A DNA stretch of 63,643 nucleotides, the filler included, from Octopus bimaculoides (lineage: Eukaryota), in assembly GCF_001194135.2 (NCBI RefSeq). It is 6 parts of 6 records of this genome, joined end to end, with 100 filler letters (N's around TTAATTAATTAA, not from the genome) between each part and the next. Parts side by side here need not be neighbours in the genome. Positions count along the whole stretch, not along the records: positions 46,527 to 62,187 come from NC_068995.1; positions 62,288 to 63,643 come from NW_026356554.1; 4 more parts are not named here. The stretch is one strand, 5' to 3'. Position 1 is the stretch's first letter. Each line of letters begins with the position of its first letter. This document shows positions 51,934-63,643 of the stretch, piece after piece. Made by a program: the position numbers and the translations under genes. The notes below the pieces were generated by a model, which made no database searches, had not been told where the DNA came from, and worked only from the letters and a program-made list of their open reading frames with translations.

Positions 51934-52954
51934 TGAGCGAGAGAGAGAGAGGAAGTGAAGCCATATGTAGATCTTCATTCAATCCATCTATTTCCACTCA
52001 CGTGTGTGCAATATATNNNNNNNNNNNNNNNNNNNNNNNNNNNNNNNNNNNNNNNNNNNNNNNNNNNNNNNNNNNNNNNNNNNNNNNNNNNNNNNNNNNN
52101 NNNNNNNNNNNNNNNNNNNNNNNNNNNNNNNNNNNNNNNNNNNNNNNNNNNNNNNNNNNNNNNNNNNNNNNNNNNNNNNNNNNNNNNNNNNNNNNNNNNN
52201 NNNNNNNNNNNNNNNNNNNNNNNNNNNNNNNNNNNNNNNNNNNNNNNNNNNNNNNNNNNNNNNNNNNNNNNNNNNNNNNNNNNNNNNNNNNNNNNNNNNN
52301 NNNNNNNNNNNNNNNNNNNNNNNNNNNNNNNNNNNNNNNNNNNNNNNNNNNNNNNNNNNNNNNNNNNNNNNNNNNNNNNNNNNNNNNNNNNNNNNNNNNN
52401 NNNNNNNNNNNNNNNNNNNNNNNNNNNNNNNNNNNNNNNNNNNNNNNNNNNNNNNNNNNNNNNNNNNNNNNNNNNNNNNNNNNNNNNNNNNNNNNNNNNN
52501 NNNNNNNNNNNNNNNNNNNNNNNNNNNNNNNNNNNNNNNNNNNNNNNNNNNNNNNNNNNNNNNNNNNNNNNNNNNNNNNNNNNNNNNNNNNNNNNNNNNN
52601 NNNNNNNNNNNNNNNNNNNNNNNNNNNNNNNNNNNNNNNNNNNNNNNNNNNNNNNNNNNNNNNNNNNNNNNNNNNNNNNNNNNNNNNNNNNNNNNNNNNN
52701 NNNNNNNNNNNNNNNNNNNNNNNNNNNNNNNNNNNNNNNNNNNNNNNNNNNNNNNNNNNATGTGATGTATTTATATGTATGTGGATGTATATTATATATA
52801 TGTGTATGTAGGTTTGATGGGTTTTTGCTGAGGGCGTGTATGTATACGTATGTGCGCGTGTATGTATGTATGTTTACGCCTGTGTCTCTATACGTATGGT
52901 CACGTATTGTGTGTGTGTGTATATATATACATATATATGGATGGATGGATGTAG

Positions 52955-53118
52955 TAACAATAGCTGAAAGATTAAACGCTTGCTTCGCAATTCCGAAGGT
53001 TCCGTGTTCGATCCCACAGGGCGCCATGTTGAGCAAGTCCCTTTACCATAACATGTGGTCGACTAAAAGTTTGTGAGGTGAATGGGAGTTGAGGGGAAAC
53101 TGTGAGGAAGCCTGTCAG
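52955..53118 (+). mobile_element. SINE family A-like 5' half, old
   Basis: GTTCGATCCC B-box, TTGAGCAAGT, GGTCGACTAAAAG, GGAAACTG. Confidence 0.5.
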
Positions 53119-53280
53119 ATGGACTTTACCTATAATCTTAAAAGATCCCTCGTTGTCATAGCGATTCTACTTGAGGATTATGTCAAAAGTAAACTTGTCC
53201 ATGGAATACCCAGTATGATATTTATACGGATGGACCGTTTCATCATGTTGAACTGTTAATCCCTACACATTTTTTTCGCT

Positions 53281-53405
53281 CTCCATTTTTTCCTCTCAAC
53301 CCTTTCTGTCGAAGAGCGTAGGCTCGAAACGTCAAAGACTTTTCCATTCTCCCTGAGCGTTAAACTAATACACCTGCTTGTTGTTCCTTCACTTGTCTTC
53401 ACTAT
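53281..53405 (+). mobile_element. PLE pLTR fragment
   Basis: Matches 15315-15468 (..GAGCGTTAAACTAATACA..). Confidence 0.6.
53302..53338 (+). ncRNA. Minimal hammerhead-like motif, A6U variant, all stems perfect
   Basis: CTTT-CTGTCGA-A-GAGC-GTAG-GCTC-GAAAC-GTC-AAAG. Confidence 0.6.
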
Positions 53406-53519
53406 GCTCGAGGCATATTCGAACCCGCATGAAAAGCCATTCACTGTATTTTGTCAAGGAAGAACATTTCTCGTTGTTGTCATCAAATAGGTGTAAATAC
53501 ATTCTATCATCCTACTGAT

Positions 53520-53874
<355 letters not shown>

Positions 53875-53911
53875 NNNNNNNNNNATCAGCAACATCAGCA
53901 TCATCATCGAC

Positions 53912-53988
<77 letters not shown>

Positions 53989-54510
53989 CATAATCATAAT
54001 AGATACTGTCCATTTCTCACTTGATATATCTCCATGGAAACTAATTTCTATCTCGGTGCATTTGGCGAACGAAAGTATTAAATGTGTGTTGACCAGAGAC
54101 ACAACAGAAATAGTGTAAGTGACAAGAAAACGAACAATTAAACATCTAACGGCTAACAGCTCAGCCTCCTATCGATTCGGCCAGGCGAGAAGTATACGAG
54201 AGTTTAAGATATCAGTAATTGGTTAGTGACAATAGGTGAAAGAGAGAGAGAGGGAGAGGGGGGTTGATGTAGGATGAACGTTATGTGATGTAATGTCACT
54301 ACAGCAAATATCTTTCTTCCCCTCCAATGCACACCACACGTAGTAACTTCGGAGATATGGCGTAAAGAGTTGAGCAGGACAAGCAAAGAAAACAACCGTA
54401 AGATGATTATTAACAAACCACCCCCGACAACTCTTTCTCTTTTACACCCGTATATGCTTACAGGTACGCAAACACGCACACTTACATCCACATATACACA
54501 TACCTATAAA

Positions 54511-55383
54511 TGTGGTCTGATCAATAAGTATCCGGACTGTTTGCATACTAACGAAGCTAAAGCACGCAGAGCGAAGCCGCTTGGCACAAATTGACCTTGA
54601 ACTCTGCTGTGCATGCGCACTAAGTTTTAACGTTCTAGCTTACTTCCGTTGTTTGGAAGGTGTGTAGCGTGTGATCGTCCCATTGACCATAACGGAGAAA
54701 GTTGAGCAGAGAATCTGCATCAAATTTTGCCAAAAGCTTGGCGATACCTGCTCAGAGGCCTACGCAAAGTTTTCAAAAACTTTTCATCGTTCTCGACACG
54801 ATCAAAGAGATCTTGTGTAACTGAATGAAACCTGAGTATCATTTTGATCAACTGAAAGCAGTTTTGACACAAATTTGGCAGACATGCGTCTCATACCCAA
54901 ATCTTCAGTGATAATCGACTGAACTGAACCGTAACTAATCTGCACACCTTCTTATAACTTACGGATGGGGATTAGACGATTTCCCCTCACAGCTGTACCC
55001 ACGTCTGCAATGTTTTTCTCAGTTCTGCTGGTTGCGGGTCTCCCAGAACGTTCGTCAATATCGACATTTTTTCGGCCATCTTGGAAACATTTTTTCAGTC
55101 ATCTTGTGTGCGGCTCACACACTCCTCTCCATGTACTTATACATTTCCTGCAACTTTGTGTAGGCCTCTGAGCAGGTATCACCATGGCAACTTTCTGTCA
55201 TGGCCAATGCTACGATCACACGTTACACACCTCCCTTCCAAGCACTGCTGTAAACAGCGGAAGTGAGCTACAACGTGAAAACGTAGTGCACATGCACAGT
55301 AGAATTCAAGGTCAACTTGTGCCAAGCGGCTTCACTCTGCGTGCTTTAGCTTCGTTACTATGCAAACAGTCCGGATACTTATT
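54511..55383. mobile_element. Mariner derivative made of two inverted 5' ends
   Basis: Plus arm 54511-54770 is the reverse complement of ~55150-55383. Minus arm encodes a transposase N-terminus (GDTCSEAY..DERSGRP..EDLGMRRMSAKFVSKLL). Confidence 0.85.
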
Positions 55384-55834
55384 CATTATAGTTAGATACA
55401 CATATGTGCATATGTATGCATGTATGTATTATGTATGCATGTAATGTATGTATATAGCAATCTGCATATCATACTTAAATGTATATACACAGTTTGGCAG
55501 GCCATTTACTGTAGTATTTATCCTAAGATAACATCTCTTATAGATTTGCTGTGTTGAAACAATAAATACCAGAGAGGTGAAAATTCGTCTCAGCATTGCT
55601 AGCAAGAGCACCAGATACATTAATATCTATCTATCTATCCATCCATCCATCCATCCATCCATCCATCCATCCATTCATCCATCCGTCTATCTATTTAATT
55701 GATGTATATATAGCAGCTTTCAACCAGCGGACCGTGTGACGTGAATCCCAAGTCACGAGAAAGAAATCTAGTTTAAATAGGGCCTACAACATATATTGAG
55801 TACTTCCTTCCTCATTCGTTCATAAAATATGCCT

Positions 55835-55894
<60 letters not shown>

Positions 55895-56425
55895 CTCATG
55901 AGGAGGGATATAAAATTTGTAGTTTTATTCATTTATGTACAAGATCATCTGCTTTCGATGATATATAAAAGATTCAAATATTACAATTCTCAATTTGAAA
56001 AGCCTGCACTTAAAAAAGAACCTTTTAATCAGTTTAAGATATGCTCGGATGCGACTTTTCAACCCTAATGCAGAACTTGACCTGTCTTTGACCTATGATC
56101 GTACACACATGTAACTAAATATAAATAAATTTTGCAGATGCTACCTACTTAACTTGAACAAAGCTCATGACACTCATTCAACCAGAACAATATCATTTTA
56201 CTATCTTCTTCTATCATCCAATAACCGTTCCCCCTCTCCTTCCTATCCTTTCTTATATCCCCCTCTCTCCCTCCTTACTCTACTTTCTCTCCACAATTCT
56301 TTATTTCTGCTCACACAATTAAATGATCCACAGAGGTGTTCCTTCATATGTCACAAAAGTACACTATTAAGCCACACAAGATGAACCAAAAAATATATAA
56401 ATGGTTTTGAAAAGCAGAAAAATTT

Positions 56426-56469
56426 ATAGCCCGACGAAGGCAACTGAACCGAAACTTCGAAGTCACTGT
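56426..56469 (+). ncRNA. Minimal hammerhead motif, U4C variant, 10-nt palindromic stem III
   Basis: ATAGC-CCGACGA-A-GG..CC-GAA-ACTTCGAAGT-C-ACTGT; ACTTCGAAGT is perfectly self-complementary; GTC triplet. Confidence 0.55.
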
Positions 56470-56496
56470 CACTTTTTCCTTTTAATACATATCCCC

Positions 56497-56547
<51 letters not shown>

Positions 56548-57406
56548 CGCCTATAGAAAAATATATACGTAATCACACTTGAAAAGCTAAATATACATCT
56601 GCACGCGCTCATTACAAAGAAAATGATCCTCTTCTCTGCGTAAGTCATCACACATACATATACTGACACGTGCACAAAAAAATTGCAGACCCCCNNNNNN
56701 NNNNNNNNNNNNNNNNNNNNNNNNNNNNNNNNNNNNNNNNNNNNNNNNNNNNNNNNNNNNNNNNNNNNNNNNNNNNNNNNNNNNNNNNNNNNNNNNNNNN
56801 NNNNNNNNNNNNNNNNNNNNNNNNNNNNNNNNNNNNNNNNNNNNNNNNNNNNNNNNNNNNNNNNNNNNNNNNNNNNNNNNNNNNNNNNNNNNNNNNNNNN
56901 NNNNNNNNNNNNNNNNNNNNNNNNNNNNNNNNNNNNNNNNNNNNNNNNNNNNNNNNNNNNNNNNNNNNNNNNNNNNNNNNNNNNNNNNNNNNNNNNNNNN
57001 NNNNNNNNNNNNNNNNNNNNNNNNNNNNNNNNATATATATATATATATATATATATATAGATATATATATATATAATATATATACACAAACAGCTACATA
57101 CATAATATACAAACTTGACGTACATATAGCAGCATACTAACATAAAATACATGACATTCATACGTAATACAATAAATCGCACGTACACACAGCACCTTTA
57201 TAATATACTTAGGTAACACACACACACACACACTCACACACACACATATATATATATATATAGCATACAAATACCACCTCCACCCCTCGTATACAGATAA
57301 AAGGCACACATAATACTCTCACATAACTAACACACGCACACACGTTATTACATACTCAGATAACAGGCATACAAACAGAAATAATGTGACATAATACATA
57401 CATATA

Positions 57407-57485
<79 letters not shown>

Positions 57486-57567
57486 TGTGTGTGTATGTGT
57501 GTATCGTGACTATGTAACTTCCTCTCTCCGTCTCTTCCTACTCTCTCTCTCTCTGATATCTTTGAAG

Positions 57568-57642
57568 AGTCCGATTACTTTTGAAGAGCAATCAAAGGAA
57601 GTGACTGTAGAATGGCGAAAGTTATTGCAACAGGCCATCTCT
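57568..57642 (+). CDS. Candidate 75-nt phase-0 exon resembling a PH-domain C-terminal helix
   Basis: SPITFEEQSKEVTVEWRKLLQQAIS; pyrimidine tract with AAG acceptor; GTAAGC donor. Confidence 0.3.
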
Positions 57643-58139
57643 GTAAGCTTTTATCTTTATGCCTGACGTCTTCCAGCCACCACAAAAGCAATCTTGCTAC
57701 TATTAACCAAGACAAGACTGCAAAAGAAAGAGCTCATTGTCACGACCTCCTTACACCTCTGACGCACGCACACGTGCACACACACACACAAACACAAACA
57801 CGCACACGTTTATCCATACACATGTATGATGGATCAAGTGTTGGTTTCGATAAACGAGTATTCCTTTTGTTCAATCAACTGAACTTACCTACACACTGTG
57901 AAATACAATGAGCGCGGTTGAATATTCCACAGACGCTTGTACCTGTCTTTAATGAATAGCTTTATGCCGACTTCATGTGACACTGTGTGACAAGGCTGCT
58001 CATCCATTCATACTCATACATATATATAAATACATGCATACACACCTACACACACACACACACACGTGCCTATATACATAATACTCTTACACACACACAC
58101 ACACTAAGCGTGTCACTGGATGAGTATCTCCCAGACACC

Positions 58140-58430
58140 CGTTACACGTTGTTATAAAACAATGCCTCTACCGCGTCACATCACATCGTGTTACATCACA
58201 TGTTATACTATGTCATATTTTGTAACATCATACCACTGCGACCATATGATATCACATCACAATGTTACACCTCACTGCGTTACACATTGTTACATTAAGT
58301 CATATCGTGTTACATCATCTCTGATTATGTCACATTTCACGTCACACACTGTTACACGACCCTGCGTCACTCCCTGTTACACCGTTCCATGTTACATCAC
58401 ACTATGTTACACGACCATGTCACAGATATA
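58140..58430. repeat. Degenerate GTTAC/ATCAC pentamer-based minisatellite
   Basis: Recurrent TGTTACA and GTCACA units. Confidence 0.7.
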
Positions 58431-58804
58431 AATATATAGAGTGTAGAAAATAATATAATATTGAGGTGTGTAGCGTTGCAGGTATCACTATAAAATTGAA
58501 GTGCATAGGTTAAAGGTGTGAAGTGATATAGAGGGAGGATGGATATAGAGGAACAGGATGGAATGTAGGGGTCAAACCAGTCTTGAAGTGAGAGCTTAAA
58601 GAAGAAGTGAAGGAAAGCTTAGCTGGCATTCACCAGCGAGTTCGATTTCATGGCATGTACCACGCTTTCGCTAATTGTTATAGATACCTGTGTAGTCGCC
58701 AGTAGACAAAGATACGCTTTCGGTCCTTCCACCCTCGATCCAAAAGAACATCAAGAATGTAGGAGACGGAAGGTGAGAGAGCTGCATCAGCAATAGGTTA
58801 GTAC

Positions 58805-58944
58805 GTATTTTCTGTTGAGTACAATGGAGCAACGTGAAATGATGCGCTTCGTTCAAGGATACTACGCAGTGTCCAGTCCGGGAGTCGAACCAACGATCTT
58901 GTGATCAGAAGCCCAGAAAGCCTAATCTCTAGAGCAAGCACCTC
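58805..58944 (-). mobile_element. SINE family B head + CORE-like domain
   Basis: GGAGCAACGTGAAATGA..CAAGGA..GGGAGTCGAACC antisense. Confidence 0.65.
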
Positions 58945-59316
58945 AGACAGGAAGTACGTTTGATATGTAAAAACTTTCAGTGCAAATCAGATTGCTTTAA
59001 CACATTTGACAAAGGGCAGGACCGCCCAAGCAGCAACAGCAGTATTGGTTCCCTGGCGAAGTAAATGCACTGGGCTCTAGAATATTTACTTATTGCCAGA
59101 AAGGCATAGTAGAAATACATCAAAACTGGGACTCTAAATCAGCGCGGCGAGGCCCACGGGCGGCGAGGCCCACATGCTTTAAGATGACCCTGAGAAATGG
59201 GGTCGTTATATTTCTCTAGAATCTTATTTTCACAGGAACAAATGCAGTAACTATATTTCTGGACCTCCAAGACTTCTGGTGGAAATTGTTCTCAAACCGG
59301 AGACATGACCCGAGTG

Positions 59317-59330
59317 GTTGCCATGGAGAC
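59317..59330. promoter_or_regulatory. RFX X-box-like motif with nearby E-boxes
   Basis: GTTGCCATGGAGAC; CACCTG at 59333 and 59347; CAGATG at 59386. Confidence 0.35.
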
Positions 59331-59635
59331 GACACCTGTAAATGAACACCTGTGGAGGGCCAGGTAGTGTTATACTGGGACACCACAGATGAAGTGTCAT
59401 ACCTGTGTCGGTTGTACTATATCCTTAGATGAAAATATTTAATCTTGGAAAATCGATAGTTCATTGGTTGGGAAGCTGGTGGGTGGAGCTGGCGTCTAAT
59501 GACTGCTTTAAGACAGGACAAGGAGGTCAAGTGTGTTTGAAGCGTCAGCGTTTTGCGATTACGGATACAAGAGAGGAGGTTGTTAACTGAAGCAGACAAG
59601 ATGTGAGAGCGCACGTATGTACATGTATATACATA

Positions 59636-59679
<44 letters not shown>

Positions 59680-59875
59680 ATGTATTATATATATATATAT
59701 ATATTATATATGTATGTATATATATATTATATATATATATTATATATGTATGTATATATATATTATATATATATATTATATATGTATGTATATATATATG
59801 TATCTGAGTGTGTCTATGGGTACATAAACATACATAACTTACATGCATACATACATACATACATACATACATACA

Positions 59876-59911
<36 letters not shown>

Positions 59912-60843
59912 TATATAACAGATTATGGACGTAACTTTGTGTACTACTTTGATTTTTTCATCATTAAAAAATGTATTTCGTTTGATCGCTGATTAATGAC
60001 CAACACAATTTTATTTAAAGAAATAGCTGATTGCTTCATATATATATATGTTTCTGTGTGTGTGTATATGAGAGAGAGGGGAGAGAGAGAGGGGGGGAGA
60101 ACGAAAGATCTCAGATGGATGAAAGGAAACTCCACTCGAGGTGTGTTCAGAACACGACAAAGGAAAGAATTAAACATTGCAAAATTTGTGTGCGCGAGTG
60201 TATATATATATATATATATATGCACACACATATATGTATATATTTGTATGAGTGTGTCTGTGTTAAATGTACGTTATGGATATATACATAATGGGTGTAT
60301 GTATATTATCTCTATCTGTCTGTATATACACACGCACAAGACATAATGTACACACACACACGCACACACACACACATATATATATGTGAGTGTAGGTGTA
60401 TGTAGTTAATTAATACCTCACTACTGAAAGCGCTAGCAACAGGAGCGCCCTCTGTCAGTAACGATGACCTATGATCTCTGACATTGTCACACATTTATAA
60501 AAAACAGTGACGACTCAGAAGGCAATATGTCACCATTACCGTATCCGTCCAGCAGTCCACTAAGGTATGATGCTAAAGTTAACAGCAGTAGCTATTTTAA
60601 ATAACAAGGAGTATAAGGATAGTTGTTAAAAGCCTGCTGAGGGCTTTTAAGGTGATAGACGCTCAATCCGAACCGCTGCATAACCACGTGACTTGATGAG
60701 TGAGTCGGAATGAAGGTTAGGTGGGTTGGTGGGGAATAGAACCTCCGTTTGGTGTTTGTACTTGCTTTCAATGAATTCCACCTTAATTACCGTATGGTAC
60801 TTTGCAGTAGGAACATACTCATGATGCTCTAACACTAACACTG

Positions 60844-60998
60844 GTGGTGCTCCGTCAGTTACGACGACGAGAATTCCAGTTGATCCGATCAACGGAACAG
60901 CTTGCTCGGGAAATTAACGTGCAAGTGGCTGAGCACTCCACAGACACTCGCAACACAGTTCTCTGGTAGATTCAGAGTGAAACAGGATGTGACAAGGC
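60844..60998 (-). mobile_element. SINE family D 3' part
   Basis: Colinear with 44045-44200. Confidence 0.8.
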
Positions 60999-61059
60999 TT
61001 GGGCAAGTGTCTTCTGCTATAACCCGGAGCCAACCGATGTTCCGTTGTTAACATACATG

Positions 61060-61066
61060 CATACAG

Positions 61067-61103
<37 letters not shown>

Positions 61104-61183
61104 CGACGGGCTTCTCTCAGTTTCAGTCTATCAAATCCACTCACAAGGCTTCGGTCGGCCCGAGGCTATAGTAGAAGACACCT
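61060..61183 (-). mobile_element. SINE family A internal fragment
   Basis: TACGACGGGCTTCT..GGTCGGCCCGAGGCTATAGTAGAAGACAC. Confidence 0.8.
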
Positions 61184-62139
61184 CACACCATCCGATGGAA
61201 TTACAAGAAACCGCAGCGGCATAACAGATAATGTGTAACCTCGAGGGGAGGTACTCCTTCAGGTGTAAGGGTAGGAAAATTCCACCTCTCTGTCCCGTTT
61301 TATCTGGAGACTCCGTGACCATCGGAATAATTTCCTCAGCGTCCAATGGAGTTTCATTGATAGAAGCTTCTTTGTACTCTCCTGGAACTCGCAATTGAAA
61401 ACAAATTACTCACACTAAAAACAAAAAAGAACCGGCTGGAAGGATGAATTAATCTTATCAACATGAAGAATGAATTACATTTTTGTTGCCACCAGAGGTC
61501 GCCCTATTAATGAACTTCCAACCGGTGGCAGTCGACAATTCAGGTATACTGCTTTGGACCTGGTTGCTCGATACTCAAGGAAATATGGAGCGGCTGCCTA
61601 TACATACAGCGAATCCACTTCTCGTTAATTCCTCGTTATACATATAGCCATCTATGCCAACAATCCAGCCTAGCATCACCGAATCTGGTTACTCACACGG
61701 AAGGGTTGTTGCAACTATAGCGTTACTTCTCTATAAACCCGCAACAACGACCCGCTTGGACATATGTTCCAGTAAAAGCAACCAGCTGATGCTGGTAAAT
61801 AAACCACACAAGAGTTTCCGAACATAGAAGCGACAATAACCAACTTATATCTTGTTCGTCGATGTGGCCCAAAGAATAAAGTAAATGATTGATGTAGCTT
61901 CCAGACCAATAACATCACGTCACCGAAGTTGACCAATAACGGTCTAATATCTAGAAGCCATCTTGAAGATGACGCATATCCAATTACTTTACAAATTTTA
62001 AGTTGCATGGAATTGAATCAAACTGTTTTTAAATAACACAATATATATACGTACGTGTGCATATATACATGCACATATATACACACATACATAAATATAT
62101 ACATATACACAGGTATATATACATAGATACATATACATT

Positions 62140-62187
<48 letters not shown>

Positions 62188-62770
62188 NNNNNNNNNNNNN
62201 NNNNNNNNNNNNNNNNNNNNNNNNNNNNNNNTTAATTAATTAANNNNNNNNNNNNNNNNNNNNNNNNNNNNNNNNNNNNNNNNNNNNGTGTTGAGTAAAA
62301 TTATTTTGTTGCAGACCTCCTTTGGGTCTTTTTATTACCACTCCGACACATATAGTCCCCAGTTGGTAACATTGATTTCAAGGCCTTCCCAGATGAGTGA
62401 CTGGTTGTTCTAAGACATTTATCGATTGTAAATTTTTTCTGCCCAGTTACCTATTAGTATAGTGGTCATTTGCAAACTCCAGAGGCAACATTTTCATTTC
62501 CCTTTACACCAAATGTCACACGTTCTTATTTCAATTGGGTTATGCACTTCCAATTGCTATAGATCCGTAATGCATCTTACAGCTATGCCTGTCACCTGTA
62601 TGGTGAGGAATCCTACATTGGGGAGTAGTAACGACTAGGCTACAGTAGCTGACTGATTATCGTGATCATTCGTCTTTTGCTTTCCTGTAGCTTTGCTCTC
62701 TTTTACAAACCCAGTGAACATACATATATTTCCTATTTCAAAAAAATTCAAACAATACATATTACACCAA

Positions 62771-63530
62771 AGTTAAAAACATTCCCAACAATTCAACTTC
62801 TCTGGTTGACATTAACACACCCACCCCCAATAGGGGCCTTAACTCCTACATTTTTCAGCTCCAAGAGCTCCATTCTTCAGGAGCAAAATACTTTTTATGG
62901 GGTCCATAACACTAGAATTTTTGAATATGCGTATAAATATCAGATATATAAAGATGAGAATGTGTGTCTGTATGAATCCATAAAACTCGAGAACTACACA
63001 ACCAATTTCATTCCAAATTAACACATGCCTTACTCAGGGTCCATGTAGTGTCTAAGGCCAAAACAATATTTAACTTCTTGCATATTTCAAGCCCACAGCA
63101 ATATCATATCTCCTCCACTATTTCAGTATTACGTGTCAAAAGAGAAACAATAACATCGCTCTACTGTAATGTCAGATACTTTCACTTTAACACTGAAACT
63201 ATTCCACTATTTCAGTATTACATGTCAAAAGTGAAACAATAACATGTCGCTACTGTAATTTCAAATACTTTCACTTTAATACTTTCAATTTCATACTGAA
63301 ACTATTAAAGTGAAACTATACTCTCACATATATACAGGAATACTATAAGAGGCAAGTTAAAAACATTCCCAACAATTCAACTTCTCTGGTTGACATTAAC
63401 ACAACCACCCCCAATAGGGGCCTTCATTCCCACATTTCAGAGCTCCATGAGCTCCATTTTTCAGGAGCAAAATCCTTTTTACAGGTTCCAGAAGACTGAA
63501 ATTTTGGAATATGCGCATAAAGATCAATAG
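62771..63530. repeat. ~175-bp direct repeats 584 bp apart enclosing an 89-bp tandem
   Basis: AGTTAAAAACATTCCCAACAATTCAACTTCTCTGG at 62771 and 63355; CCACTATTTCAGTATTAC at 63115 and 63204. Confidence 0.85.
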
Positions 63531-63643
63531 TATGGGATACATGTTTCATGCTTAGAATTTTTTTAGGGTGTGTAAAGAGGGAAAGAACCCTCATGCAATT
63601 TTGATGAAATTTGAATCATATGTATTCCAGTTCCTTACAGAAA

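Noticed and set aside
58684-58772. Candidate 89-nt exon (TCVVASRQRYAFGPSTLDPKEHQECRRRK)
   Set aside because: Weak acceptor, no recognisable domain, adjacent to a SINE; insufficient support.
59236-59363. AG..GT-bounded candidate exon
   Set aside because: Stops in all three frames.

Overview
Eukaryotic, AT-rich, microsatellite- and gap-rich scaffold segment. The SINE families and simple-repeat load suggest a cephalopod, probably Octopus; this is inferred, not verified. No host gene could be identified with confidence, and nearly all ORFs in the track are artefacts of N-runs and microsatellites. The window is a mosaic of at least five tRNA-headed SINE families, R4/Dong-clade LINE fragments, Penelope-like element (PLE) ends plus a PLE RT fragment, Tc1/mariner elements and MITEs, a hAT MITE and a Helitron helicase fragment. 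The strongest unexplained signal is a set of hammerhead ribozyme (HHR) motifs. One is an intact type I HHR at 4737-4808, at the tip of a ~160-nt rod-like fold, which resembles a retrozyme. About nine minimal or variant HHRs lie in PLE-type repeats, two of them just downstream of tRNA-like Pol III heads. All folds were paired by eye. SINE family letters A-E are my own labels.
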